DNA of 64,000 bases from Mantamonas sphyraenae STR306. Lineage: Eukaryota > Protista > CRuMs. The notes beneath the pieces were generated by a model, which ran no database searches, was not told the DNA's origin, and worked only from the letters and a program-made list of their open reading frames with translations. The stretch is taken from contig JAPMXV010000053.1 of the NCBI GenBank assembly GCA_026936335.1, forward strand, positions 62,001 through 126,000, given 5' to 3'. This document shows positions 45,743-59,400 of the stretch, one piece after another. Position 1 is the first letter of the stretch; each line of letters starts with the position of its first letter. A program made the translations under genes and the position numbers.

Positions 45743-48700
45743 ATGGACCCAGGCAAGGAAAAGGACGAGCTTTCGGGGCCGATCGAATCGAATGCATTCG
45801 AGGCGCTGGAGCGAGACTTCCAGGAGGTGCTGACGGAGCTGGTGGGCGACAAGTCGCTCGATCGGTTCCGCACCGAATACGAGAAGCTGCACCGCGCGCT
45901 CAAGAAGAGCCACGACTCGGAGAAGCGCCTGTTGCGCAAGTGCCGAGACCTCAACCAGGAGATTGTGGCCAATGCGCAGAAGGTCAGCACTGCGCTGGCC
46001 CTGTCCCAGGAGGACGCCAACACCATTGCCTCTCTCAAAAAGGAGATTGAGAAGGCCTGGAAGATGGTCGATGCCTCGCACGAGAAGGAACAGCGTGCCA
46101 AGGAGACCATTAACCAGCTCAAGACAGAGATTGCCCAGCTTAGCAAGCTGGTTGAGCAGGGAGCCGGCCTCACCATTGGCCAGGAGCACAACGTCAACGA
46201 GCTTCTCCGCGTCAAAGAGGACCTTACCAAGGGTAAGTGACCGTGTTCACCTGTGTCCACCCTGCACACCCACCCATCTATGCCTTGCATGCCTCCCCGT
46301 GCTTCTCTCCCGACCCGTTCCCCCTCCAGCGGCCCGCACACACACAGGCCGCCGACCTTGGGTAACGGCTTTCTCGCTCCGCCTCGGGCCGTTGCCCCAA
46401 CCTGCTCTTTTGCGCCTCCTGCATAGCAGGTAGTCCATTCCGCCCGTCGTGCATGTCCCCTTGCGTCGGCAGTTACATACACCTCGGCACTCCATGAATG
46501 CAGAGGTCCATGTGCGGCTGTCCCAGGCCCTGCGCCACCGCGAGACCTTTCCGTTCATTCGCTTTTTTGGCGCACGGCGTTTGCGGGGCCCCGCAGCCAC
46601 TGGACACACGATGTATCCACACGCATGGAGTAGACACTGACCCTGGACCACCACCCACCGCGCAGAACGTGACACGCTGCTGCAACAGACAGTCAACCTG
46701 CGCAACGAGGTGTCGGAGCTGATGGAAAAGGTGCGCTCACTGGAAGACAACAAAGTGGCGGCAGAGCATGAAATCCACACGCTCAAGGACATCATTGCGA
46801 CCAAAAAGGCAGAGAGCGACCGCGAGTTTAGGCGTAAGGAGCGTCTGGAGAAGGACATGGACCAGCTGCGCACGCTGTTGGAACAACGTGACCAGGAGAT
46901 TCGCATGCGTCAGACACGCATTGAGCAGCAACAGGAGGAGATGAACATTGTGGAGGGCAAGCTCAAGGACGCGCGCTCGGCCACAGAGACGGCGCAGAAG
47001 AACGCCGATCTGCTCACGGCACAGCAGCGCAAACTCGAACAGGAGCTGGAGGACGAACGGTCACAGAGCGCAGAGGTGTCTGCACAGAACCGACAGCAAG
47101 CCACCGAACTCATGCTCAAGGAGCAGGAGATTGCGCAGATCAAGGCCGAAACGGCGCGTGTCAACCGCTTCCGCGAGCAGCTCAACAAGAAGGTCAAGGC
47201 GCTGGAGGAGAACATCAACGAACTCAACCTGCGCAAGACCAACATGCAGGGTGAGATCCAGAGTCTGGAGCGGGAGCTGGAGGCGCAGCTGAAGCTGAAC
47301 GAGGCGGACAAGCGGCACCTGGACGAGCTGAAGCGCGAAAAGGACATCCTGGAGAAGAAGGTGACCAAGGCCAAGTCGGAAACCACCAAGCAGGGCAATG
47401 AGGTCAAGATCTACCAGACGACCAAGAAGAACTTGGAGCTGGAAGTGGCAGCGTTCAAGAACGAGGCGCAGAAGCAGCGCAAGCTGATCTTCCAGCTGGA
47501 GAAGGAAAGGGACAAGTACGGCAAGGAGGCATCGGAGGCCACCACCAAGGTGCTGGAAACCATGAAGGAGCTCAAGAGCAAGAAACTGGAGGTGGACGAG
47601 CTGCACAAGCGCATCGCCGAATGGGAGGAGCGCCTGAACAAGCAGCAGTCGATGTACCAGAACGTGCGTTCCGACCGCAACCTCTACAGCAAGAACTTGA
47701 TTGAGTCGCGTGACGAGATTGCCGAGATGCGTCGCAAGTTTGCCATCATGGACCACAGCATCGAACAGCTGAAGGAGGAAATCCAGAACAAGGACGAGGC
47801 CCTTGTGCAGGAGAACGTGCGCCTGCAGACGGTGAAGAAGGAGAAGGAAAAGGCACAGGGAGACCTGGAGGTTACCAAGGCGGAGCTGCAGACGTGCCAC
47901 CAGACCATCCACCAGCAGGATGCAGAGATTGCCAAGCTGAACCACATCATCAGCGAGGCAGACAGCGAGCGGTTGAAGCAGAAGAAGGAGCTGGAAGATG
48001 TCATCAACGAGCGCGACATCCTGGGCACACAGCTGATCCGACGCAACGACGAACTGGCGCTGCTGTACGAGAAAATCAAGATTCAGCAGTCGACGTTGGC
48101 CAAGGGCGAGGTGCAGTACAACGAGCGGGTGAACGACATCCGCACGCTCAAGATCTGGATCAACAACCTGAACATGCAGGTGAAGGAAAAGAGCAGCAAG
48201 ATCAAGGGTCTGGACATGTTGCGCAACGAAGTGTACCACCTGCAGCGCGAGCTGCTGCAGGAGCGCACCAAGGTCAAGGCGCTGAGCGAGGAACTGGAGA
48301 ATCCCATGAACGTGCATCGTTGGCGCAAGCTGCAAGGCTCGGACCCGAATGCGTACGACATGATTCTGAAGATCCAGACGCTGCAAAAGCGGCTGATCAA
48401 AAAGACGGAGGAGGTGGTGGAGAAGGACCTGCTGATCCAGGAGAAGGAGAAGCTGTATGTGGAGCTGAAGAACATCCTCGCGCGGCAGCCGGGCCCTGAG
48501 GTTGCTGAGCAGCTGAACATCTACGCACAGAACCTGAAGGAAAAGACGCGACAGCTCAAGGCCATGGCCGCGGAGCTGAACATGTACCAGAGCCAGGTCA
48601 ACGAGCTCAACTATGAGAAGCAGCAGATGAAGAAGGAGATGGAAGAGCTGCGTGTGCAGTACCAGCTGGAGAAGCAGAAGGAGAAGAAACGTCTGCGCAA

Positions 48701-48794
48701 GGCACAGGCCCTGAAGGAGCAGCAAGCCATGGAGGAGTACCAAGCGCCGGCTGGGGCCAGCTTTGCAGGCGGCGGATTCAAGCTGAGCGGCTGA
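45743..48794 (+). CDS. CFAP58: Cilia- and flagella-associated protein 58, 2 exons
   Basis: FEALERDFQEVLTELVGDKSLDRFRTEYEKLH, VRSDRNLYSKNLIE, ERDILGTQLIRRNDELALLYEK, NPMNVHRWRKL. Intron ~46233-46665. Confidence 0.95.
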
Positions 48795-48920
48795 GAAGAG
48801 AAATCTGAGCAAAAGGAGCAAAAGGAGAGAGAGAGCGTGCTTGCAGCTACCTGTATGCACGGAAAACACAGCAACAAAACCACAGCAAAACAGACACAGA
48901 CACAGAGAGAGAGTGTGTGT

Positions 48921-48921
<1 letters not shown>

Positions 48922-48960
<39 letters not shown>
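48922..48960. repeat. (AC)n microsatellite
   Basis: Directly visible. Confidence 0.95.
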
Positions 48961-48964
<4 letters not shown>

Positions 48965-49510
48965 AATGATGAGAAAGTCTTGGAAACGACAGGACAAGGT
49001 TGATTTTGCACTCACGGTGGTGATTTGGCGGCATGCCGAGCCACTCTTTTGCCATGGGGAGCCTGTTGAGCTACCGGGCGTAGCGGAAAGGGCCGGGATA
49101 ATGGGGTTGGGGTGTTGCAAAGTTGGGTGTGGAAGGGACGGAGGGCGAGACGACGAGATGAGGCGGGACAGCTTGCGCACACACAACAACAACAACAAAC
49201 TGTTGCTGTGGCGTCATAGCATGCATGCCATGCACTCGCGGCTGCGCAGTTTCCCTGCGTGGCACGAGGCTGGCGTCGACGACACAGGAGCGTGCGCGTC
49301 GCAAAGTCTCTCGCCTCTTACAATCTCGTGTCTCGTGTTGCGTTGGTCGTTCGTTTTCTTCTTCTGGCAATTGGGGCACCAGGAAGCAAAACAGACCCAG
49401 GAAGAGCAGTTGGCAGTCCATCATCATGTGAGGCTCAAACGCTTGCGGCTGTCGATCCAAAAGTTGCGTCCATTGTGTTGGAATGTGGGATTTGCAGGGG
49501 CTTGCGCCCC

Positions 49511-51658
49511 TTAGTCCTCCTCGTCTCCCACGTCCAGGGCAGAAGAGGCCACAAAGGTGAAGCCCTCAAAGTCCTTGGAGTTGACCTTGGACGAGAGCTG
49601 GGAGTCCTCGACCACCGAGTCCACGGCGACCTCGCTGGTGAACATGGGGTCAAAGTTGCCCACGTCGGTGGACGACTCGATCTCGGGCTTGAACTCCGGG
49701 TCGATCTGGCGAGCCATGATGGCCTCCCAGTCGAGGTTGTCAAACAGCGGGTGGTTCTTGAGCTCCTCCGCGTCCGAGGGGCCCGAGCCCAGGCGCGTCT
49801 CCGGGTCGCGGTCCAGCAGTTTGGTGAGCAGGTCGCAAGCCTCGTCAGACATGTGCTTGGGGAATTTCAGTTCGCCACTGAGGATGTTCTCGTACATCAC
49901 GTTGACGTTTTGGCTGTAGAAGGGCGGCAGGCCAGCCATCATCTCAAACAGCAGCGTGCCCAGGCTCCACCAGTCGACGGCCTTGCCGTGGCCCTCCTCC
50001 TTGAGGATTTCCGGGGCCAGGTACTCGGGTGTACCGCAGAACGTATGGGTCTTGTCATCCACGCCCATGGCCGACTTGGCGAGGCCAAAGTCTGTCAGCT
50101 TGATGTGTCCCTCGGCGTCCAGGAGGATGTTCTCCGGCTTGAGATCGCGGTAGATGATGTCCATGTTGTGGAGGTGCTCGAGACCGAGGATGATCTCTGC
50201 GGCGTACAGCTTTGCACGCTCCTCCTCAAACTTGCCCTCCTTCTGGAGGTGGAAGAACAGCTCGCCACCGTTGACGTAGTCCAGCACCATGTACAGCTTG
50301 TCCTCTGTCTGGAACGCGTACTTGAGCGACACCAGGAACGGGTGCTCGATCTTCTGCAGGATGGCACGTTCGCTCATGGTGTTCTTGACCTGGTTCTTGG
50401 CCACCATGGCGTCCTTGCGCAGGATCTTCATGGCGTACAGCTCCTGGTTGTCCTTCTTGCGCACCAGCATCACCTTGCCGAACGAACCCTTGCCGATCAC
50501 AGACAGCAGGTCAAAGTCGTCGATGGTGACCTTGTCTGTGTCGCGCTGGTTGAGCGCGGCCAGCCACTCCTTGTAAGACTCCTCGTCCTGTGCTTGCAGA
50601 TAGTACGTCTTGGCGTGCGGGTTGAACAGACCAATCGTGTTCTTCTTGTTGGTCTGCTTGTCCGCGGGACCCACCGAGTACGCGTTGAGCTCGATGTACC
50701 GGCAGCACTCGGAATCCTGCGTGTGTTTTGTTTTGAGCGAAGCGCCGGTGCGGGTTTTTTTCGTGTGGCACAAGGCCGAGTTTGGGGTCAGCGACCTTTT
50801 CGCCTATCGCCTGTGCAGACGCGTGGGAGAGCGCGTGCATGGCGGCGGGACTTGTGCACAGGGATAGAGGATGGGGCGTGGCGTGGGAAGGATGCGTCGA
50901 TCGGTCTGTGTGTGCAGCCTACGGCGAGGGAGACGACGGCGTGCGAGGTGTTCGCGAAATCGCGGGAGGGGAAAATGAAAGCAGACGGCCTTGGGCTGTG
51001 CCTGGGCGCGTGGCAGCTACTTACGTCAGGCGACTTGCAGTAGTACAGGTAGTTGTCCTTCAGCAAGAAGTAGCGGTTCTGCCACTGGATCTTGATCTTG
51101 CCTCCCAGCTTGTACAGGAAGCCGACCTTGGTCGGGTTTGAGATCTGACTCGCGGTGAACTGAGGGACACGCAGCAGAGGACACACGCACGCACACACCG
51201 CGACACAATCACAGGGTGCACAGAGCACACACGCAGGGCGCGTAGGAAACGGACAGGGTGTCAGTCAGGTGCCTGGAAGCAGCCGGAAACAGGCGAAAAA
51301 GGCAGCGAGGCCGTGCACACACAACGCTTTGGCTCGGCGAAGCCACTCGCAAATTTCCACCGTCTGCTTTTTTTCGCGTGGCGGCTTTGCTGAGCAGGCC
51401 TGGGGCGCGTGTCTGCAATGGCACGCCAGGAGACACACAGACGCGGCCATGCAGCATGGCAGGCTGGTGTGCGCGTGGGCGAGAGCATGCGCTGTGTACA
51501 GGCGCAGGCCGAAGCTGCTCCAGGCCGGAAACGTGGCAAGCGCTGAAAAAGAGCCACACACACACGGCTCCGGCCCTCGGCTGCCACTCGGCTCCGGGCT
51601 CGGAATGCATACACATCACCGCGCCGTGTCCAAAGACACACAGTACGTAGACGCCCAT
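49511..51658 (-). CDS. PH-domain AGC kinase (PKB/Akt-like), ~3 exons; first exon tentative
   Basis: PH domain (KVGFLYKLGG...WQNRYFLL...EWLAAL), IGKGSFGKV, YRDLKPEN, activation loop THTFCGTPEY, hydrophobic motif FEGFTF. Confidence 0.92.
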
Positions 51659-51961
51659 GGTCACAAACACACACAGGAGGCCAGCCGTATCCTGCGCTGG
51701 GCGGAAAGCGCCGAGGAAAAAACACCAGCTGGAGGCTGGGGAGCTTTGCGGGAGGGCAAAGCGATTTCCACCACACACGCGTACGCACGCCACACACAAA
51801 GCACTATGTACGAAGCGGATATGCACGCAACACCACACATGCACAACACCCTCTGCTGCCTTGCTCAAGACCTTCATGTACACTCACCTGGCTCGTCATG
51901 ACGGCTGCGAAGAGTTGGGTTGCTGGCGAGCGCGGTCGTCCGCCCAACTGCCGTCTCTCGC

Positions 51962-53405
51962 ATGTCATCCTCGAAGCCCTCCGCCGCACAAAAGGCCACC
52001 AAGGCTGCGCAGAAGGAGAAGGAGCGCCAGGAGAACCTTGAGGCTCTCAAGCAGGTGCGTGCCTCCCCCCTTCTTGCCCCGCACTGCCGTCCTCCTAATG
52101 CGCTGCTCACACACCGACATGCTCTTGGCACGCGCATCCGTGGGCCCACGCCGCCGTTTACCGCACGTCATCCACCCCTTCCCACAGGCCTCCTCCCAGA
52201 AGGACTCCACCTACAGCGACAACTTCAAGCTCGGAAGCGGAGGCGTCCTGCAGTACGTGCTGAGAGGCCCAGTTTGGAAACTCCGGAGGGTCTTTCGCCC
52301 ACTCACCACCTCGCCGTTACCCACCCTCGCCCTCCTTCACAGGTTCTTGCGCCACCTGGTCCAGATTGCTGTCTTCCTTGTGCTCAACGGCAAGCTCTTT
52401 GACCTCGCACAGACCAGTACGTCCCTGTCCACGCCGTACACGTGCGCCCAAAGACATGCGCCTCTTGGCGCCCCGCCACGTCGGCACACACGCGCCCTCT
52501 CCTCCTCCTCCTCCTTCTCCTTGTCTCTCCACGCATCTCTCTCACACTCATCCTCCGCCGCCCTCTCCACACCTCCTTCACCCACAGACATCATTGTCCC
52601 CTACCTGCATCCCACTCAGGCTCCTTTCTCCACCGCCGCCGGTGTCTACGAGAGCCTCGAGTTCACCGTCACCAAGGGTGTCTTCCCGCTCGTTGCCCTG
52701 GGCGTCATCTACTTCACTGCCATCACTGTCGGCAAGCTCTTCTGCGGCTGGGCCTGCCCCATGGGTCTCTTCCAGGACCTCATTGTCTACCTGCCTTTCC
52801 GCAAGATCAAGCCCGACAAGGCCAGCGATGCCCAGCTCAAGGACATCCGCTGGGCCATCCTTGGCTTCTCGCTCCTCCTCAGCTCCCTCGTTGGCTACCG
52901 CCGCTTCGTGGCTGCCCCTGGCGACTGGGAAGCTGAGGCCGACCTCCTCGGCGTCTTTACCGACAGCCCGTTCACCGTCCTGTCCCCCTCCTCCACCCTC
53001 TTTGCCTACCTTCCGTGGATGGCCCTTTGGAAGACCGAGGGCATCCTTGTCGACGGTGGCTTTGTTCTCATGATCAAGCTCCTCCTCTTTGCCGCCTTTG
53101 TCGTCCCGGCTTTCTACATCCCGCGCTTCTTCTGCCGCTACGCCTGCCCGGTCGGCACCATGATGGCTCCCATGAGCCAGTACAAGATCCTTAGGATCTC
53201 CAAGACCAACCGCCTCCGTGACGACGTCCTCAACAAGGTCCTCGGTGACGTTTGCCCCATGGGCATTCGCCAGGCTTCGGGCGCCGACTTTATTGACGAC
53301 GAGGGCTGCATCCACTGCGGTCGCTGCGTCACCGAGTTGCCCAAGGACCTCAACCAGACCTTCTTCTCCAACGGCAAGCAGGTGAAGGACATGAAGGTCG
53401 AATGA
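51962..53405 (+). CDS. Membrane-bound 4Fe-4S-binding protein of the NapH/MauN/CcoG (Fer4_5) type, 4 exons
   Basis: GKLFCGWACPMGLFQD, RFFCRYACPVG, VCPMGI and CIHCGRC with intervening TM helices. Introns 52055-52187, 52253-52342 and 52417-52587 restore one frame. Confidence 0.82.
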
Positions 53406-53456
53406 AAAAAGGCGTGTCATTTTTCTTCAGCAGCGCATTGTTGGTTGTCGTCCTGT

Positions 53457-56400
53457 TCATCCCTCGGTTTCCATCTCATCCTCCTCATCTTCACTCTCGT
53501 CCTCTTCGCTCTCCACGCCCTCAACCACTGTAAGCTCAAACTCGTATTCCTGGTCGCAGCCGAGGTAGCAATCCGAGTTGAGACTGAGCGCAAACGTGCG
53601 CTTGCCCGTTCCCTCGGGTGCGGAAAACACCACCTTGACACTCTTCTTCATGCCCAGCGTCACGTATCGCACAGCAAGCACCGTCTGAGTCGCCGCTTCG
53701 CTCACCACCAGCCACCAGCCTTCCTGGCGCTGCGACGGGAATCGCGGCGCGTACACGGGACCCACATACTCGCTCTCGCGCTCCAGCGACACATTCAACT
53801 GCACCTTGTCGCCCTCGGGCACGGGTTCGCTGCCCCCGTCCACCTCAAACTCCATCTCCACGCTCGGATACTGGTTGCACACCACCGCCACGTCTGCCAG
53901 CTGCTTGCCCTCCATCTGCAACAAATCGTTGCGCTCCTTGTCTTCCAGTTCCATCAGGTCAAAGATGCCTTCCACACCTGCGTCCGCGCACCGTTGCAGA
54001 CGTGCCTCGTCGTCAAAGTGTGGCAGCTGCTTCAGCGGCGAGTCGCTGTCCCACAGGCCCTGCGTCACCATCTGCGACATCTCCATGGCCGCCAGACACG
54101 GACCCAACCAGCCCTGGTTGGCCACTACGTCCACCAGCGCACGGATCAGAGTCACAGCCCGTTCCACCACGCGCTTCTGGTCGATTGCCATGTCGCCCGT
54201 CAACTTGCGCCTGCTGAACCAGCACTGCAGCAGCACGTTGCACTTGACAAACGGAGAGTTGAACTCTGCCGACTGCACAGGCAGCGGCAGATGGTACGCC
54301 AGGTTCTGCACCACCCTCTCTTCTGTGTCGCGCACAGGCACGTCCACAAACTCGCTCGACGTCGACAGCACCTCCAACAGGCCCTTCAGCTTCGTCTTGG
54401 ACTTTAGCGACCCGCTGTACAGCTCCACCGTGGTGTAGCGCACGTAGTAGAACGAGGCAATCACACCCAGGTTCGTTGCACTCAGCATCACCTGGTCTTC
54501 CACCTCCACACACTTGCTCGCCTCAAGGTCCGCCAGTGTGTTCTCCACAAGTTCACTCAAGTGGTCCGACAGGTGTCGGTGCGTCACTCCCTTCAGGCCG
54601 TAGTAGTTTGGGTTTTGCGGCAGCCGCCTGTACATAAATGTCCACGTGAGCCAGTCCACCGCCTCGTGCTTGCTCTCCATCATCTCGTTCACCACCTCTG
54701 CGTTGAAGTGATCCGCCAGAAAGTGGTCCAGGTGCGATTCGATCGGCAGCGGCTCGCACACAAACCGTTTGAAGTACTCCTTCTTTGACGACGGGCACAG
54801 AATGAAGCTCTTGCCAAGCACGTCGCCTGCACCGGGCCGTCCGGCCTTGCCTGTCATTTGCACAATGTCCTGGATCGGATAGTCCACGTACGAGTGCTCC
54901 CGGCCTTCGTAGTATTCTGTGTTCATCACCAGTGTCATGTACGGCTGCATGTTCATGCCCCAGCACAGGTGATGGTCCACAATCACCACCTGGATGGCCC
55001 CTGCGTTGAACAGCGTTTCCACAACACTCTTTTCCTGTTCCGACAGGCCATCGTGGTACAAACCCACGCCGAAGCTCAGCGTGCTGCGCAGCGCACGGTT
55101 CGACACAAGCTCCAGGTACGGCGCAAGGTCATCTGCGGTGCACTTGAGGAAGCGCTCCGAGGCCTTGTCTGCAAACGCATACGTGTGCAAGTCCACCGCG
55201 CATGTGCGTGTGTGCTTGCGCGACGGCACAAACACAATGGTGCCCTGTTCGTCTGCGTGATTGACAATGGCGTTGTACACGGGCTTGGCCATCGACAGCA
55301 TGCACGTGTTGAAGTTGGGTGCATCAAACCCTTGGATGGTGATTTCCAGGCGCACCGGCCGCATGTGCGGCGGAAAGTGGAACAGCGAATTCTTCTTGCT
55401 CGATGCGCCGATCCACTCGCCCAAGTCGCGTGCGTTGGCCACCGACGCCGCCAAACCCACAATGCGCACCGTGTGATCCTCCAGCTGTGCACTCATGTTG
55501 TGCATGCGCGACACCACCACCTCCAGCGTGGGTCCCTCCTGGCCGCCCACCATGTGCAGCTCATCCACAATGAACAGATCCACCTGCTGCACCGCCGGCC
55601 GCTTCTCCCAGCGGCGCGACAGCACGTCCCACACCTCTGCTGTGCTGCACACAATGTCTGCCTTGGCCAGCAGCTTCAGGTCCACCATGGAGTTGCCGGT
55701 GAGCATCACCACCGTTTTGCCGCACCGTTCGCCAAAGCGTTTGTCCCAGTCTGCAAACCGCTCGCGCACAATCTCGTCCCGTGCAGCCACGTACACAATG
55801 CGCGGAGTCTCCTTCTTCAGGAACAGCTGGATCATGGCAAACTCCGCCATCGCCGTCTTGCCCGACCCTGTCGGCGCGCTCACCAGCGTGTTGGCACTCG
55901 TTTCAAACAGTGTGCCAAACACTTGCGTTTGGATGGGATTGAACAGCGTAAAGGCGCCGTCGTACAGAGCCTCAAACGTCTTGCTGCCCAGAGCCGTCAC
56001 CGGCAGCGGCTGCAGATCCAGCAGCTCCGTATGTTTGTCAAACGCCTCGGGCAGGATCAGGTGGCGGAAGGAGACCGGCAAAACGGTTTCACTGTGGAGC
56101 CAGCGATCGCTGACAGCCTTGATGAAGTACTGCGGGGGCATGGGGTCGCCGATGGGCACGGTGAAGGAGAGCGTGTGCTCCTCCTTGGCGTAGCGTGCGC
56201 GCAGCACAAACAGCTGCCTGTGCAGGATGATTTCCGAGTTGACGTCTTCCACGAGGATCCAAAAGGGCTGCGAGTGGCCGTGCACACTCACGTCGTACTC
56301 AAAGTCCGGCGTGATGATCAGCTCGACCTTGAGCACCTCGCGTGTGATGGGCTGCACGTTGGCCTCCAGGAACAGACGCGGGAAGCGGTGTACGTGTGTG

Positions 56401-59400
56401 TAGATCTCTCGCCCCATACTTGGGTAACGGATGAGGTCGCCGATCTGCTGCGGGGTCAGGTCGTAGTAGCGGTCCCACGCAAAGTCCTTCTTCTCAATCA
56501 TCTTGATGATGTTCTTTGGAATCTCGGGGAATTGGTTGAGGGGAGTTTCGGCAGCCCATTGACGGTGCTGCACCATGTTGCTGAGGTTGAGCGTGCGCAT
56601 GGCAAGCTGAGCCCAGCCGCGGCAGAGGCAAATCTCAAACAGAGCGCGCACAATGCGCCCAGCACTCTGCGTGATGTACACCATGTCGGACGCAAGCGCA
56701 AAACCCTCGAGAGAAAGGCGTGAAATGTAGGCCTGGAGCAGGATGTTGACCTTTGCACTGGCCTGGTCGACGGGTTCCTTGACCGGAATCGGCACCTGTT
56801 CGGCCAGCTTCTGCAGCTCGACGACTTCCTCGTCGCGCACGTGCATGTACTTGAATTCGTCCGAGAGAGCAAACAGGCGGAAGATGTCGATGTCTCCCAG
56901 GGTGGGCTTGAGGTGTTCGTTGTACGTCGCGATGGAGGCGTGCGAGATGTAGTAGTGCGAGGCAACCTTGCCCAGGTCGGTGCTCTGCAGCAACCCCGAC
57001 GTGCGGTCGTACTTGATGAGGTTGGTGCGTTCCAACACGGTGGCAGCTGCATGGACCAGGTCAATGCGACGCTGTTCCAGCAAGGGGTCGTCCTTGGCCT
57101 CCTCGTCACTGATGCCGTAGGTGGCCGGCGAGCGCAGCATTCGCACAAACAGATAGCTGTAACCGAGCCAATTGCACGCCTCCTGGGCGTTCTGCACTGT
57201 GCCGAGGACGATTTCCGCGTTGAGCATGTCCGGCAGACGCGACAGCACTTGCGACTCCACAGGCAGGGCCTCGTTGATGAGGGACATGTAGTAGCGCAGC
57301 TCGCGGCGTGTGGTGATGACGACGCCCTCGCCAAAGGTGTCGTGCTGCGGGCGTCCTCCGCGGCCAAGCATCTGCATGATGTCCATGAAGCTGAGTTCAG
57401 TCCAGTCGCCCAGCTCGGGCGAGTACACCTGCGTGCCCTTGATGACAACCATGTGAGCGGGCAGGTTGACGCCCCAAGCCAGGGTGGCTGTGGAGACGAG
57501 GACCTGAAGGTGGCCAGCCGCAAAGAGATCCTCGACACGCTGGCGATCGCTGCGGGACATGCCTGCGTGATGGATGCCAAAGCCGTACGGCATGATGTCC
57601 TTCAGCTCATTGCTCTTGCACTCCTCGGCTTGTTCTGCCAGCAGGAGACGGGAGCCCTCGTAGGGCTGGAGGAATGCGCCGAGAGAGCCGGCCTCCATGG
57701 CGCGGTCGATAATGTCGCGTGCGGTGCGTGCAGTGTCCTTGCGCGAGTGCACAAACACAATCACCTGGTTCTTGCCCGCCTGCGACGAGACCTTGTTGTA
57801 GCACAGCTCGTTCATGAGTTGGATGCGCTTGAGGGCGTTGCTTGTGTTGACGCCCACGTAGGTCTGCTGCAGTGGCACGGGCCGGAAGTGCTGGTCGAAG
57901 AAGAACATGCCCTTGTCTTCGTTGACGCGCAAGAACATGGCCACGTCCTCAAAGTTGGGAAGGGTTGCAGACAGACCCACGAGACGGATGCGGTGGGTGG
58001 TGTGCATCTGCCGGATGGTGCGCGACACAATCCCTTCGAGCACAGGTCCGCGGTCGTCGTGCAGCAGGTGGATTTCGTCAATGATGATGAGTCGCACCAA
58101 CTCGGTGTACGTGCGCTCGCCGTTCTTGCGCGTAATCACATCCCACTTTTCCGGGGTGGTGACAATCAGCTGCGTCTGTTCAATCTGCTCCCTGCTGAGC
58201 TGTGCGTCTCCACTCAGCTCGCGCACCTGGATGCCGTACGGAGCCAGGCGTTCGCCAAAGTTGATAACCACCTCCTGGACGAGGGCCTTCATGGGAGCCA
58301 CGTAGACGATCTTGAAGGCGTCCAGGTCGACGTTGCCTTCGCTGTCCATGTGCTTGCCAATGGTCTGCAGCATGGTCAGCATGGCTACGTTTGTTTTGCC
58401 GGCACCTGTGGGCGCACACATGAGGATGTTTTCGTCGGAAAACAGGGCCGTGTCGTACACGCGGCTCTGGATGGCGTTGAGCTGGACCATCTTTTTCAGC
58501 GTAAACGGCGGCTGCGCCCACTTGGGCATGTCTGCCACGTCAACCATCTTGACGTTGCCCTCGTAGCCCTTGGCCTTGACAGCAGGGATGTGCACCTCCT
58601 CGTATCCCTCGCCCTCAACGACGTAGGCCGACTTGGGTGGCGTGAACTTGTCTGGCATTGTGCGTGCGCCGTCCTTGAATGCCAACTTGTCCAAATCCAG
58701 CAGCTGCTTGGGCCCACGCCAGCGCGTCCCCGCGCCCACGTTTGTGTTCTTACCCTTGGTGACGATGGAGAAGCGCGCGGAGGAGGCCGACTGCGACTCG
58801 CGAGCTCGCTGCAGCACCGTTGCTTTGCTGGCACTGGCGTCGCTGCTGCTGCTGCTGCTGCTGCTGGAGGAGGAGGAGGAAGACGAAGCGTCGATGCCCT
58901 GAAGTTCGTTGTACAGAGGCAGCAGCTGTGGATCAGCCTGCATGTCAGCTTCGATGGCTGCGCGCTCTTGATCGGTCTGGGCCTGGCCCAGGAGAGTGGC
59001 ATACACAATGCGCATGCGGTTCTTCATGAGGGTGCGGATGAGAGCAAAGTGTTCAAAGCCAATGATGGCCACAAGGTCATTCTCGCAGCGGCGGTCGTCC
59101 TTGGCGGAGTCGCGCATGATGGCAAGCACCTTGTCCGTCACCTCCTGCGACTCCATGGCATCCTCAAAGATCTTGGAAATGTGTCGTTTGATCCAGAATG
59201 GGTCGATGGACTTGATGTTGAGGATGCCCGAGTTGTCCGTGCCGGTGGCTGCAGAGGCAGCGCCGTCGATTGATCCCGACTGGCCGCCTGCGATTTCCGT
59301 GTCCATCTGCGTGTCCTCCTTGCCCTCGTCGTCCTGGGTGTCCACCTCTTCGATGACCTGGTTGAACATGCTCTTTTCGTCGTTCTGTGCGTCGTCGTCG

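Noticed and set aside
22714-51646. Intronic snoRNAs in the longer introns (NDUFA5, mtHSP70, CFAP58, PKB)
   Set aside because: No clear box C/D pairs or H/ACA architecture seen by eye; a covariance-model search would be needed.
857-59273. Very long antisense ORFs (e.g. 857-3226, 36473-38548, 47061-49055, 56841-59273)
   Set aside because: These are shadow frames of GC3-rich genes (HSP90, HSP70, CFAP58, Brr2), with no protein-like motifs.
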